Under the pieces are notes generated by a model. The model did not search any database, was not told the DNA's origin, and was given only the letters and a program-made list of their open reading frames with translations. A stretch of DNA of 64,000 bases, from assembly GCA_013239625.1 (NCBI GenBank), contig MU054033.1, positions 1 through 64,000 on the forward strand, in the 5' to 3' direction. This document shows positions 39,101 through 54,700 of the stretch, piece after piece. The DNA comes from Lama guanicoe (lineage: Eukaryota). Numbering within the stretch: the first letter of the stretch is position 1; every line of letters starts with the position of its first letter. A program made the translations under genes and the position numbers.

Positions 39101-42100
39101 GCAGCACAGTGCTGGAAAGGCTTTCGATTTCTGACCCAGGCAGAGTGGAGAGACATGGGTGAAAACCCTGGGCGTTCAGCTGAGACCCAGAAAGGCCATC
39201 CTTCGGCTGTGATGACTAAAAGAAAACCACCCCAACGATGTCAAAACCGAAGTCTCAGCCAATCTGAACCAGTCCATCAGCAGATCAACTGCCTATCAGA
39301 ACAAAACACAGAACACTCTCTAGAAAAATACGTAACACAATCCAGAGTCCCTGTATCATAGCATTCATAACCTCCAGCGATGGATAAAAAATAAACAGAT
39401 GTGAAAAAGCAGGAGAACAGCATCCTTAATCCAAAAAAAAAAAAGTTTAATAGAAGCAGACCCACAGATGCCATATGTTGGAATCATTACAAGTAAATTT
39501 AGAAACAGTTCAGGACTTTGTGAAAAATATAAACAAATTAGCCAAGAGGAGAAGTTCAGCAAAGAAGTGGAATTTTTTTTAAGCACTTGAAAGTGTAGAG
39601 CAGAAGAAAGTAATGCCTGAAATGCTGATCGATTCCTCGACAAAACAGGGGGAAAAGGTTAGCAGAACTGAAGACAGAGTCAGTATCAATTACCCAAACT
39701 GAAACAGAGAAGGAAAAAAGGGTTTTTAAAAATCAGAGCCTCAACAATTTGTGGAAGGAATTCAAGAGGCCTAACATACATGTAATTGAATCTCCAGGAA
39801 AGAGAAAATAAGGGTTTTTTTTTAAGAAAAGATAATGCCAAAAGTGCTTCCAAAACGAATGAGGTATCAATCTTCAAATCCAGAAAGGTTTGAAAACCCT
39901 TAGCAGAATATACACAAAGTGAACACATGATTGTCAAATTGCTGAAAACCAAAGACAATGAGAAGATCGTGAAGGCTGCCAAACAGAAAAGACATGAAGG
40001 ACGACAGTAAAAACAGTTGATTTCTCATCAGAAACAATGGGAGTCAGAAGACCAAAGAATGACATATTTAAAGTGTCAAAAGAAAAAGAAACTCCTCTCC
40101 TCCTTTTTAAGCCAGCCTTCCCTGACACCCCCAGTTTAGACCACGCGCCCCTCTTCTGTGCTTCTGCACAATGCTGAATTCCTGGGTCACAACACCTGCT
40201 TAATTACTGCTCTCCTGTCACGATTGTGATCTCCATGATGACACAGACCATGTCCATCTTACCGTGTTTAATATTGCACCCTTATCCTTTACCCTGGTAA
40301 ACGCCTCACGTTAAGTGCTCAATGACTATTCTTTAACTGAATTTTTAAAAGGCTATATTTAACTTATAAAATGATGGCCTGTAACAATAAAACATCAAAT
40401 GGGTTCAAGTGATCTAGGAGCATTATACGTATAAGGTAAAAAGTAATTTACTTAGTAGCTGTTCCTTATGGTTAATGAATGCCTCTGTGATTTTCATTGA
40501 TCATGAAGACACCTTTTTAGGAGCTTGCAAAAGATAACAACTTTGAGAATATAGTCAAGGTAAATTATCCAACGGATATAGTAAAAACTTAAAGGCTAAG
40601 GTATTTCACATAGACTTAGATATAACTTCTTTAGAGCTATTCACCTTAAAAGGCAGAGACAACTTAGGAAGCATATTCAGCAATGCTGTTTTCAAAACTA
40701 AAACCCATCATGGGGGAGGGTACAGCTCACTGGCAGAGTGCATGCCTAGTATGCACGAGGTCCTGGGTTCAATCCCCAGTACCTCCATTAAAAAAAATTT
40801 AAATAGATAAAAACCCCAAATCACCTCCTCCCAAAAAAAAAAAAAAAGAAAGAAAGAATTAAGTACATGAAACCTATCATTAGAGGGGGAGGGTATAGCT
40901 CAAATGGTAGAGCACATGCTTGTCACGCACAAGGTCCTGGGTTCAATTCTCCAAAAATTAAACACGCCTAATTACCTCCCCACCACTGCCAAGATAAAAC
41001 AAGTAATACAATAATAAATAAATTGAAGACCTTTACAGAACCTATCATTAACAATATTTGGCCATAGGGTATAGAACTGCAATAACAAGGCTGGAAAGAG
41101 AGAGAGAGACAAGGAAAGAGATTGCAAGGTGGCCTTACGGCAGTAGGTTGGAACTGCTGGCCACATCAGCTCAGTTGGCCTAGATCTGAGGCCCCTGCTG
41201 TCCGTGTAAATTCCAATGCTCTTAAAACATAACAGATACTCAATACTAGAGATCTCAATGGCACAGAGAGCATCCACCGGCTGATGCGCAATGAACGACA
41301 GTGTCGGGTCGTGCGCGTGCAGCATCCTACATGGAGCTCCTTCTCTCCTCAAGGGGTATCTCAGGAACCCCGACTGGAATCCCACACACAGCTGCTCGCT
41401 GCAGACGGCCATCCACTGGACGTTGGCTGGGGTCTGGAGCTCTCTGAATTTCCTGTGAGACATTTTCTGGCTCTGAAACAGCTCATAGCAGAAGACTTGG
41501 CTTTTCCTAGCTACACAGAGGCACGTCTGAGCCCCCTGGCACACTGTTCCGGAAGCCATGGTCTGGCACCCTCTGGTTTCTGCCAGTTTGTGAACATCAG
41601 TCTTTTGTCCATCCAGAGCTGACATGGGAAACAGGCACACGTGGCGACTTCGCCCCGAGATCACTGCAACCATCTGGCCATGGGGGATGAGCTCAATCTG
41701 ATGAATCTTCTTCATGTCACCCACTCGAACAATTTCTACACAAATGAACAGATTTGTAAGTAGCTGTCCAATCCAAAATAATTTCTACTTATTTAATTCA
41801 GCCGTTCTCCAAGTTTTACCCAAAAGCAATTAAGAAAGATCCCAATACAGACTGAGATTTCAAAATGCAGAACAGATAAACAAGATGATACTGTGTAGCA
41901 CAGGGAAACGTATACAAGATCTTCTGGTAGCCCGCAGTGAAAAAAATGTGACGATGTATATATGTTCAATATGTATGTTCATGCATAACTGAAAAACTGT
42001 GCTCTACACTGGAATTTGACACAACATTGTAAAATGACTATAACTCAATAAAAAAAGTTTAAAAAAAAAGGTCCCAATAAAAATGATCTGATAAATTTTA

Positions 42101-42679
42101 ATGTCATTAATTTGAGTAATTTCTCTACAAATAAGATGGCAAGTCAACTTCAAATTAGCAATGTTTCCTTACTTTTTAAAATGTCCTTATTGAGGTATAA
42201 TTGACATATAACAATATACTAGTTTCAGATGTACAACATAAGGATCCAATATTTGTATATATTGCCACATGGTCACCTCAATAAATCTAGTTAACATCCA
42301 ACACCAGACATAACTACAATTTTTTTCTTGTAATAAAAAATTTTAATATCTACTCTCTTGGCAAATTTCAAATATGAGATATAGTATTATTAACTATAGT
42401 CACCTTGCTGTAGGTTACATACCCAGGATTCTTTTATTTTTTTAACTGGAAGTTTGTACCTTTTAAACCCCTTCACCCATTTTGCCCACTACCCCTACCT
42501 CTGACAGCCACCAATCTATTCTCTGAATCCATGAACCTGTTTGTTTAGATTCCACATATTAGTGAGATCATATGGTATTTGTCTTTCTCTGTCTGATTTA
42601 TTTCACTTAGTTTAACACCCTCAAGGTCTGTTTGGTCCCAAGTGGAAAGATTTCATTCTTTTCATGGCTGACTAATATC

Positions 42680-42726
<47 letters not shown>

Positions 42727-45700
42727 CTTTATCTATTCATCCATCAGTAGACACGTAGGTTGTTTCCATACCTTTACTGTTACAAATAATACTGCAATGA
42801 ACATGAGGGTGCAGGTATCTTTCCCAGCTAGTGTTTTTTCAGAGTAAAACTCCAGAAGTGGACTTGCTGGATCATATGGTAGTTCCTATTTTTAACTTTC
42901 TGAGGAACTTCCATACTGTTTTCCACCTGGCTGCTCCAATATACATTCCCACCAACAGTGCGCGAGGGTTCGCTCTTCTCCACGCCCTCACCAACATTTG
43001 TTATTTCTCGGCTTTTGGATAACAGCCATTCTAACAGGTGTGAGGTGACATCTTATCGTGGTTTGGATTTGCATTTCCCTGGCGATGCTGCGCACTTTTT
43101 CCTGTACCTGTTGGCCACCTGTATGTCTTCTTTGGCAAAATGTCTATTCAGATCCTCTGCCCACTTTTTAATCAGATTGTTTAGTTCTTTAGATATTTTG
43201 GAAAGTAACCCCTTATCAGATACATGATTTGCACACATTTTCTCCCATTCAGTAGACTAGCATTTCATTTCATTGATGGTTTCCTTTGCTGTACAGAAAA
43301 ATGTTTTCCTATTTTTAAATTCTTTCCAATTATTACTCCAATAGATTTAAGTCCGGTTCTAATAAAATCACAGACATAAACTCAAAGGGTAGGTCTGAGA
43401 AGGATAAAAAAGATACGAAGAGAAGGATAAGAGATCAAAAATCACATGGATTTTAAAACAGGTACTTATTCCAGAGATAATATAATTACCTTAATAATAA
43501 CATTAGTGTAATAAAGCACTAAACTTAGTCCTAAGATTCCAGAGAGCAAGATTCCAGATCTCTCAATGTCTGACAAATGGAAACATATTACTTCTTTTAG
43601 GAAAAAAGTCCTATATTTTTCTGGCAATAAAATGACCTCTTTTTTACACAAATGTTTGTTGAGTGACTACCATGTGCCAGGCACTGGCTAATTGCTGAAC
43701 AAAAGAGACAAGTCCCTGCTCTCATGCTGGCCCCTGTGGACCTTCCATGGGCCTCCTCACCAGGACTGGGTCACCCACACAGCATGGGAAGCCTTCAATG
43801 GAGACCACAGCTAATGTCCTTCAAATGCACGTTCTTTTTTATCTCACATACATTAGAATGCCAGACGTCCAAGAGAAAAACATCTATATTAGTATGCCTC
43901 CTCTTCATTTCATCTCCACCCCCATTTCTCCCTCCAACAACCATGACATCCGAACAAAAATAAACAAAACACAAGCCAAGAACTCTGCTATCTTCTCTCG
44001 GAAATAGCCAGTTCCTGGCGTCCCTATTTGTGGTGTCAGCTTACTAATGGCGAGAAGGGGAATCAAGCAGAAATGTGTTGTCTTTCATGCACCAACGTGA
44101 AGACCATAAACTAAGACCTCACAGTGCACGTGTGATATGAAATCACTTGTGAAGCTAATGCAGACTCTGGTCGGGTTATAGATCCCTGAAAGCACGAAAG
44201 TCATCATTTGACTCGAATGCACATCAAACCAGACGTGGAAAATTTCTTTTACAGGAAAAAAGGAAAAAAATCTGATACTATTATTATTATTATTATTAGA
44301 GTTCCAAGTTATTCCAGGTCAGTAAAGACTCTCCTTACCGTCGATGGTAACGTGGACAACAAACAGCCCTTCTTCATTTCCCAGAGCGATTCTTTTGTGA
44401 TCTATATTTGACACATAGATAAAAATGTCAAGGATTTTGGGGGGCAAGCATTAAGTGAAGTTAATAGGATACACTGGACAAATTTATCGATGTTAAAAAA
44501 CTTTAGAAGACAAACTGAATACATACATAGCAACATTACAGTGAAAAGAAACATAATAAGAATAATTAATTTGCGCTACGATTTTTCTCTCAGATTACAG
44601 AAGTAAGCATAACAAAACATTATTTCTCTCAATTAGAAAGATCATAATAAAGTAATCTTTATGGACACTCAAAAAAAGTATAATATTCAAGTAACGATAT
44701 ACTTCAAATTTGCTATTAATAAGTGATGTTTCATGAATGAAAAACGTTCCTAAATGAATTTATCGGTGACCTTGGCCTGAGCTGTCACAGCACAGGGTTG
44801 GGAGGTGTCAGAACATAGGGAGAGCGAAAACTTTAAGTGCAAAGGGAGCATTTACTGAGTGAAGGTTCTGAGTACAAAGCGCAGGACTACGTATATTAGC
44901 TCAAATCATCGCCACGACTGAAAAACTGGGATTATCTGCATTTAATACATGAAGTTTAGTAACCAGCTCCATGTCACCCAGGAGTAAATAGCTAAGCGGC
45001 CCTCACTGTCACCATTATCTGATGCAAAAGAAATGCTGTTTGAGAAATCCAACTGCTCTTGTTTATTGCTACAATGTTCAACATTGACCTTAGCAATTCA
45101 TTCACTGATTCACTTGTTTTTTTGCTTATTTACTGAGTACTGGGCGGGGGCATATGCAAGTCTCTGCCCCCCAGGTAGACGGTTCATAGTCACATTCATG
45201 GCCATGATCTTTATGTTTGGGGCCAGATGTGTTTGGGAACTCAGAATTTTTCAGACAAGAAAGACACGACTGTATCTTTCTTGAAAGAAACACCCTTTTA
45301 GGCAGGGCCTGGGAACCATCATGTAATCAAATGCACTTTTGCAGAGAATCCTACAAGTAGCCATGGGATGGAGGGGGAAGGACCACCCCCCCCACCCCCA
45401 CCGCTGATGGCCTCATTCCATCAGGTTTTGCTGACAAGTGAGTTGTGAATAAAGTTAAGCGTTTCAGATTCCGACGTGGGGCTGTGGGGAGGGGTGCAAA
45501 CCGAGCGGGATAAATGCTGCAAATCCGTACCTATGATTGCAGCTGTCTGGGTGGTTTTGATCAGGGGCAGATGGCGGTCACAAGCCTCTTTCGGAGCATA
45601 GACTGAGCGGTCTCGGGGATGGCTTTTCCTCAGCACCTCGTGCAGCTCACTCAGCACTCCCACCCACTCACTCTTCTCATTCTCGTTGTCTGCTAATACC

Positions 45701-48700
45701 AGGACTGAATATCTGTCACTAGGCGTGGAGAGCTGGGAAGCTGTGACCTAGAACCATTTAAGGAAGAGCCAGGTTATAAGAAAGCAAACACGCTTTATGC
45801 CAGCCTGTTTAGCAGTTCTCATGAAACTCACCACTAGTAAATGACACTTCCAAGAATATCACCCTCTTCCTGGTTCCTAGAATAAATGATGGGAGGAACG
45901 TGGGACCCCAGCCAAAAGCAAAATGTCAGAATCACCTCCACTTTGAGCCTCATAAAAATACCAGTGTTCCCCGACAACCTAAAATCTTAGACTTCATCAA
46001 ATGAAAACAGTTACCATTTGTTGAATGCTGACTCTTTATGGACTGTATCCTGAGAGCTGACGCTGTACCGGGAACGGCTCTAAGAAATTTGCGTGTGTGT
46101 TAATGGATTGAGTCCTCACAGAAACCCCAGTGGGTAGGTAGATACCATTCATTCCCTTCATTTTATCAGTGAGAAGACGGGGGCACAGGGGGGTAGAGTG
46201 CAGGCGATCTGATACCACAGCCTCCACTCTGAGCCGCTCAGCTCCAACACACAGCTTTGTACCTTGAGACATGTCTGAATCGGCAATGTGTTTTGCCGTT
46301 GCGATCAACATAATCAACTGTGGTACAATGAAAACGGTCAGGAGTTTTTTTTTGTTTTTAAGTTAGAAATATTCAGAAATACCTATGATTTCCTGTCTGC
46401 TGCATGCTTGTAACTTACATCACCACTAGTAAATGGCAAATCAAATTTCAATTTAAAACTATATAATCAGGCTAGGAGAACTCTAAATTGATAGAGAAAA
46501 CTGTCTTTGTGGGGAACACCAAGTGAGGAGCAGTGACATAATGAATTCCCACTCTGTAAGTCGCAGTTCTGATGGCCAGGTCTTTGTAAGCTCTCTCGGC
46601 GGTTGGGTGGGGTCTAAATAGACGTATATCCGTGACTAAGGAACTGAGTATCCTCCTTTCTGGCCTTTGTTAACATACAAGACTCACAGCCTGACTGTAA
46701 CCACATGGGTTCACAAGAGGACAGCAGTCTTTCGCTTTCTCTGTCTCTTTCTTTACGTGACATTCCAGAATCGCTTTAATTTTATTTTAGCCCTTTTTTT
46801 GTTAAGAGATTGCAACACTACATCCTTCCCCGACTTTTCCACTTTGTATTCTTGGTTTGAATCGGAAGTATGACTTCAAAATGTTGCCTCAGAGGGAACT
46901 TATTTTACCAACGCCTCTAGTTTTAGAAACGGCACATTCATGCCACTGCGGGTCCATGAATGGTCAGCTGTGTCCGTCTGCCCAGGACGTATGTCATCTC
47001 TCTTTCCCTGTTACTGTTTTTTCCCCTCCTTTTTCACCACCCATCCCAGTTTGTAAGCTTCTAGTGTTTTCAGCTCTGAATCTGAGGTCTGTCCTGCTAG
47101 CTCAGTGTAGAATGAAAGGACACCCTCAGGAACATTTGCATTTTAAGTCTTCGATTTAACTGCAGGATGAAAAGACTGTAACACATGCAAAAAGCTGTTA
47201 TTTATAGTATTTTTGAATAAGGGGATAGAGTTCTTGTGGCAAGTGGGAGGGAGGGGAAAATGATCCCACAGCTCTTCTAAAACCTCAACCTCCAGTGACC
47301 TTCAGCAGCCCAAGGAGCCCTGACCCCTGTGGACAGGCAGGGAACGTGTGAAACAAAACATTTTAAGGGGTCCGACAGAAGCATGCAGGCTTACTTTAAA
47401 TATACGAGGCATTTCTCTTCTCTTTACAGGAATAAAATCTGAGGGCCAGACTGAACTGACAGAAAATGCTCCATCCCTGAAGGAAAAACAAGATACTGGG
47501 CGTGAGCAGAATCACCTGAAAATGAGTAAATGATACATTAACATAATCCTCGATTTTAATCTCCCTGATTTTTATTCTTTTCGGTAGTCACTGACAGTGA
47601 TCAAAACACTGTAGCCGCAGGACCCGGCCAGCTGCACGTGATCAGAAAACCCACGCGGTTAACCCTGACTCACAGTTCCCTTGGGAACGGGGATACGGGC
47701 ACCTGTCTGACCCCAAAGCCACAAGAATACGGGCCATGTGCCCTCAGGTCAGCTCATCTGTATATTTTTTAAATATGGCTGAAATATACTTGACACATAA
47801 TAAGCTATGCATATTTAAAGTGGACAATTAGATGAGTCCTGACTTAGGGGTGCTCCTGTGAAACCGTCACCACGGGGGAGACAATGAAACAGTCCATCAC
47901 CCTTAAAAGTTCCCTGGTACAGCTCTGTAAGCACTGCCGTCTCTCCCTCCTGGGCACTCCTCCCTCCTGCCCCACACTGATCTGCTTCCTGTCACTCCAG
48001 ATTCGTTTGCATTTTCCAGTATTTTCTAGAAATGGAAACAGACAATATGTGCTCTTTTTGTCTGGCTTTTTCTCAGCATAATAATAATGAGGTCCGTATG
48101 TGTTGCCACACGGATGAAAACTTCATTTCTTTTTATTGACGAGCAACATCTCACCGCCACAATGTATCCATTTGCCCGAATGGACATTGGGGTTGTTTCA
48201 AGTTTGGGGCTCTGCTATGAATGTTCATGCACGTCTGTATGGACATACGCTTTCTTTGGGGGAAATACTAGGACTAGAATGACTAGATCATACATTAGGT
48301 GTGTGGTTAACTTTTTAGGAAACCGCCAAGCTTTCATCCAAAGTGGTTAAATGACTTACAAAGCAATGTTTGAGAGATCCAGGTCCTCCATCTGCTGCCA
48401 ACATTTGAAACAGTCTTTTTAATTTTAGCCTTTCGTATCTGTTGATCAAGTATCTTGCAAATTTACTGAATTCATTTATTCGTTCTGACAGCTTTTTCTG
48501 TAGATTGCACAGATACTTCTACACAGATGTTCATTCTGTCTATGAATAATTTTGCTTCCTTCTTTACAACCAGGATGTATTTTATTTCTTTCTCTTCCCT
48601 GTCCTGGATCTCCAGTACAATGTTGAATAAGCGTGGTGAGACCAAACATCATTGTCTTGTTCCTGATCTTAGTGAGAAAGCACTGAGTCTTTTGCCACTA

Positions 48701-51700
48701 ATTATGAGGTTTGCTGTGGGGTTTTCACAGACGCCCTTCATCAGGATGAGGACGCTTTCTTCTAAGTGTGTATCAAGAATAAATACCTGATTTTGCCAAA
48801 TGTGTTTACTGTATCTACTGACAGGATCTTTTTCATTTATTGATATGGTAAAATACATTGACTTTTGAACGTTAAACCAGCCTTCCCAACACACACCACA
48901 CTGGCTCCGGATGCCGTATAATTTTTACATAATATTGGGTTCTTTTTGCTCACATTTCGTAGTCTTCCTCACATGCATGTGCTGATCAGTGATCCGCTGA
49001 ATCCTTGAGCCAGATCCTCTGTAGATCTGTGCAGAGCTAGGGCACTCCCAGTGAAAATTCACTTCCCGGAAATTCACTTAAGGAGCACTCACACAAAACA
49101 ATTAAGTACAAGCATTTTAACTGCACAGCTGCCGAAGAGGTGTTTAACAGTTGGCAAAAATAGATCAACCAAAAATGTCAGAAGGAAAAGACAGAAACTG
49201 AGATATCTACAGGGGCTTGGCAGTGCAGAAAATTATGAACTTAACATAAAGTTAAATGACAACGCTATTTAAAGAAAATACCAGACAGCTTTTTTATTCC
49301 CAATTTTTTTTTGGATAAAATAGTATTCTCCCTTTCAAAGCTTACCTTAAGTCAATCACATGACTTGCTGCAACATTGGGTTTTGAGTCTTTTTCTTCAT
49401 CCACATGATACAGGAAGAGTTTGAAGTCACAAACTATAGCCAGTGCCCTCTGCCATCCTTTTTTCATTCCTGCTTTCTTTGGGATCTTTAGTTTTTAGTT
49501 TGCAAAAAAACAAACAAAGACAATCCAAGTCGAAACATCAAATACTATGCAATGATTACATATAAAACTCAAATAATTATACTATGTTATCAATCTGCCA
49601 CTTTTCCTTGTTAAAGGTGGGAACAGAACTAGATTGCATGAATGAAATTTTTAAAACAAAGGCAATCCCTTTGAGGACTGGATGATTCTTGTGTTGTGAA
49701 AAGAAGATTAATACCATTTCACTGAACACTAGCAGTTCATTCACAGTCACAGCGTTGCCGCGACGTAACATTAAACTCAAATTTGGTAGCCTCAGATTCA
49801 ACTCAGATTTTGAGTATTTCTCAATAAGATTCTTTCACCCCAGTCTCATAATTTATGACTGCTGGCTGGAAGTCAAAGGTACATCACTAACAGGGATTTC
49901 AGCCATTGTTCATCGCAAGGTGGGGTCTAAACAGAAAACTTTGGGACGTGTGGAAATATCCTCTTGGGGACAGCTAAACTTTGCTCTGAAATCATCTTCT
50001 TAGGATGGAAGAAATATCTTCAATTGTATATAATTATTACTGTACAACATAGCATAAATCTTTCTGACAAATGTTGTGCACACATTTTGAAAAGATTCAT
50101 CTGAGCCCAAAACATTGGCACTTACCCAGACGTGGCCTTCATAGGCTGTTCCCATGCCTTTCTGTGGGTCTAGACAGAAGGTGCCTTTCTTCTGATGCAA
50201 AGGCACTGGACAAGCTCTTGGAGCTTTTTCCACACAGGTTGTGTGACATGAAAACCCACATACTTTTTGGAGGGAATGAAAGAGAGAAAACCGTGAGGAT
50301 ACAATGGTCTGAGTCCCTCGACTCCCACTGCCATTCCGTCTACTCTTGTAGAGGCCAAAATGCTAACATCTACATTTCCTGGACTCCCTTGGAACTAAGT
50401 TTTGGACCTTAGAAGCTCCACTCAGAAGACGGCTTTCTATGAGACGCTGAGCTGGGTCATGCCGGGAGGTGCAGGAGGCACCACAGCCATCTTACTGGCT
50501 GGGTCTTGACAGAGGGAGCGTGAAGTCCCGGCTGCAGTGGTGGCTTCCAGATTTGATGGGCGCTTTCTCAGTTCTGCAGCAGCAGGGTCCTTCCTGGCCC
50601 TGGCAGAAGTTGCAGGTTCTGGGGGCTGCAGCGGTGGTGGCCGTGGGCATCTTTATGCACCAGCAGGGGCAGCAGCCGTCCCAGGCTCAGCAGAGGCTGA
50701 GAGATGCTCCCGTGAGTTCAGCTCAGAGCCTGGCTCCGCTGCCCTCGGAGGAGTGCATGAGCGCATGACTCCTCATTTTAGATCCCATTTTGTTCAATGT
50801 TTTAGGATGTGTTCACAGTCAAGGCGCCTCTGACTGTCACAGTGCTGAGTGCAGGACAGTTGTCCTGCTCGGCGCTGTACGTCCCAGAGTGAGCACTTGA
50901 CAGGACTCGTTGAGGAAACCAACACGTGCAGAATCGGCTCCCTCGGGTGAGGAATGAGGTGTCTGTGCGGCACAGGGATCCACTGTTCGACATTTGCAAA
51001 AATATAGTGCTTTCCTTCAGCAATATTCATCGTAGTAAATTAAATGAGTCAAGTAAAAGGATGACAAAGGACAGCATTCCATTTTCCTGTCACATGGGCC
51101 AGTGGATGTGGTCCTCAAACTCTCCCAGTGCCACAGAGAACAAAATGTATCTAAATACATTTTCCCAGGGAGTGGGGCCCTACCTGCAGGCTACACAGCA
51201 CACCTCCCGGGGGCGCTGCTCACACAGGCTGCGAGGGCATGAGGCCCTCTGGAGTTGCCCAGTGCAGAGATCCCCCAAAGGCTACCCACAACTACAGGTC
51301 CAGTCTTTCTGATGTGAAACACATTCAGAGAGACTTTTTAGTGACGTGATCAGGACACCGTGATGCTTCTATAGTTCACAGAAGTGCAATTTCTGCTTAG
51401 TCATTTAGTGCAATGGGCTGGATGTTTGGATTCCCTCAAAACTGGTATTTTGCAACCCTAACTCCCGCGCCCCGCCCCGCCCCACCATGTGATGGTACGA
51501 GAAGGTGAGGCCCCTGGGAGGGGATTAGGTCCTGAGGGTGGAGCCCTCGTGACTGGGATTAGCACCCTTAGAAAAGAGACCCCTTGGAGCTCCCTGCCCC
51601 TCCCCCTTCCGCCAGGTGCAACCTGAAGGGGGGGCTCCAGAACCCAGCCGGACGGGCGCCCAGATCTCAGACCCCCAGCCCGTGAGGAACGTAGGTCTGT

Positions 51701-54700
51701 GTCTAGAAGCCACCCAGCCTACGTGCCTGGTTTATAGCAGCTGCCTAAAGCACCAAGCTGAGTGAGAACACTTAGGTGCCGGTGCCACGGCTCCAAGCGC
51801 ACACAGGCCCTCCTCGGGTCTTACCGTCACAGGAGCAGCCCTGTCTTACCAAACCCACCATCAGAGACGTGCACTGGTGGCACTTGGTAGGGGCCGTAAA
51901 GGATGTGAGGAAAAACCGGTGGGTCTTATTCTACAAAACATAGAGACCAAACATGCGTTGATGGTAAATAACACTCATACATGCAGTAAACGATTCTACG
52001 ATAACTGCGGGAAAGGGGATGAGAGAGGAGAAACGGGGGAGTTTGAGATTTGCAAATGTTAGCCACTGAATATAAAAATAGGTTTAAAAAAATCCTTCTC
52101 TATAGCACAGGGAACTATATTCAAAATCTTGTGATAACCTTTAACGAAAAAGAATATGAAAAAAAATATATGTCTATGCATGCATGGCTGGGACACTGTG
52201 CTGTGCACCAGAAACGGACACATTGTAACCGACTGTACTTCAAAAAGCAAACCAATAAATACCATTGGAAAGGTGATTCTGGTGATTCCTTCAACCCACC
52301 CTGCCCAAAATACCACTTTATATACAAGAAAAGCAGCTCCCTCCTTTCTCACCAGCACTTAGAGTGCTTGCCTCTAATCACTTCCTAACTGGAAAATACT
52401 GATTAAGTGATCCCAAAATTACCAAGAAGAGAAAGGGGAGGAGAAGGAGAATTACTTGGAGGTGATCAAATGTTCATTAATACTATTTGGAACCAAATAA
52501 ATAAAGCCTGGGCTTTATATGGGCTGATATACCCTGACATTAAAATATTGTAGATTGATAAATTCTTCAAGTGATTTCTTAACAACGAATGGAGTCAGAA
52601 TTGCCTGTGTTACATATTTTTATTGAAGAGGGGTAACAAAAATAATACAGTTTCTATCCCTTCTTTAGAAAGAAAGAATAATTTCAAAATGTGCTTTCTA
52701 GAGCACATGATGTGTTTCACTTCCTACTATCAATAAAAAAAATCCTGTTCCCCAGGGACTGGAACACTCCTGTGAAGCAGGCTGCATTGTACCTTCGAGA
52801 CAGAAGGCACCCTGAAATTTCTAACTGGAACCCTGACAGCTAAAACTCCAGATGTCTTCCCAGAATTGTCAACAAGTGGGCAATCCACTACGGGTTTTCT
52901 ATTTCTGTACCACGCCCCTCTGACCTGAAATTACTGTCGTCATAAATGAGCGATATGTAAACTGTAACAAAATCTGGTTCTTCCAAATAAAAGTTGGTAA
53001 ATTTTCTCCCCTTCTTCGTGTCTCTGTTTCCTCATCTGTAAAACGGACAGACTGCAGTCCCTGCTGTGGGTGCTGTGCGTTTTACTCCCCTGTTTTCCGC
53101 ACTGCACATCACCCCTGCCTCCGGAAGGACTTGGTGTTGCTAGTCCTCGAATCCTTGTAGGCTTCTGAGATGCTAAGTGTTTTGTGGCTTTTTGGCAAGC
53201 CCTCTCTAAGCACTTGACATCCAGATTCCCCAGCCCTCCTAACCCCTCACTCAGCCTCTTCCACCTTCCAAAATTATGTGGACTTACTTTTCTTTTTATC
53301 GGTTTAGAGGATTTCATTAGAAAGTATGCATTTTTTGAGTCTGCTATGTTTAACCAGAAGTCTCCAAGAGACAAGCAAGGAAGGAAGGAAGGAAAGGAGG
53401 GAAGAAGGGAGGGAGGGGTGGGTTGAAGGTGAAAACCAACCTATTCTCGGTTTTCAAGGACCTGCTAAGTTTGGAACTTAATCAAGTACCTTTGTTGGAA
53501 AGAGGGTTCTATTGTGACAGTCTCTTCTCTTTATTGTTGGGGTGTGAACTGGAAGGTGAGCAGAATCTGTAATCTGAATCAAGGAGATAAAAATAAATGT
53601 AGGCAAGCAGTCCATATCACCAAAATTGTAAGAATTAAATTACTTCTCAAGTAGACAAAAACACAGGAAAGCTGAAATTCTCACAGTGCTGAACATACAC
53701 TTTAAGTAATTTAAACATAAGCCTTCCATTTCTACAAACAAAATATATGTAGAGTTCATATACTTTATTTCAACTTGGCTATTTTAAAATGTGTGTCATC
53801 ACATGCAGACTACATTAAAAGAAGAACATTAATCATAAACATATTTGAGGAATACTTTTAATGAGTAGGTATGTGATTAGAATCATCAAAATATTTTTGG
53901 ACTACTTGTCTTATAAATGTAGAAAGGATTTATGACCATAAGTATGTAGAAATATATTAAAATTAATTACAAAGGGTTCAGTAAGGTTTTGCGAACATTA
54001 ATAATCTAAAAATATGCTCAGGTAATTTAGGTGACATTTTTAAATTAGACTTCAAAATCACAAAATTTAGCTGTCTATATGAAATACAATTTTTCTTTCC
54101 TAGGAAACAATAGAAAATATGTTTTGAAATGGAAAGAACTGGGTGCTCACAAATGTTGCGGGGGGTAAAGTATTACATAATACACAGCCCTTTCAGATTG
54201 GCGTCAATCACTTAGCGATATGCGTTTAAGACTCCTCAGTGTCTTTTCATGTCTTCACCACTCATTTCTTTTTATCACTGAGTAATACTCCATTGTCTTG
54301 ATGTTGTACCGCAGTTTATTTATCCATTCATCTACTGAAGGACATCTTGGTTGCACCCAAGTTTTGGCAATTATGAATAAAGTTGCTATACATGTACAGA
54401 ATTTTGTGTGGAGATCAGTTTTCATTTCATTTGGGTAAATATCAAGGTGCATGATTGCCAGCTGTGTGGGAAATCACTAAACTGTGTTCCAAAGTGGCTG
54501 TACTGTTTTGCATTCCCACCACTGTGTTGTTTTGCTATAATGGTCACATGGGGACAGTTGATGAATCTTGAAGGGGTCTGAGGACTAGATGACAGTCATG
54601 TATCAATGTTACTGATGATGGTTATTGTGTGTGTGTGTGTGTATACATGATGTAGGTGAACATTCTTATTTGTAAGAAGTACAAGAGAAAGCATTATTCA

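Noticed and set aside
38611..39361. 150-180 aa ORFs inside an intron of the MRCK-like gene
   Set aside because: Overlap degenerate L1 5' sequence; no coding signature.
40712..40990. tRNA genes
   Set aside because: tRNA-like heads with A-rich tails and TSDs, so SINEs rather than tRNA genes.
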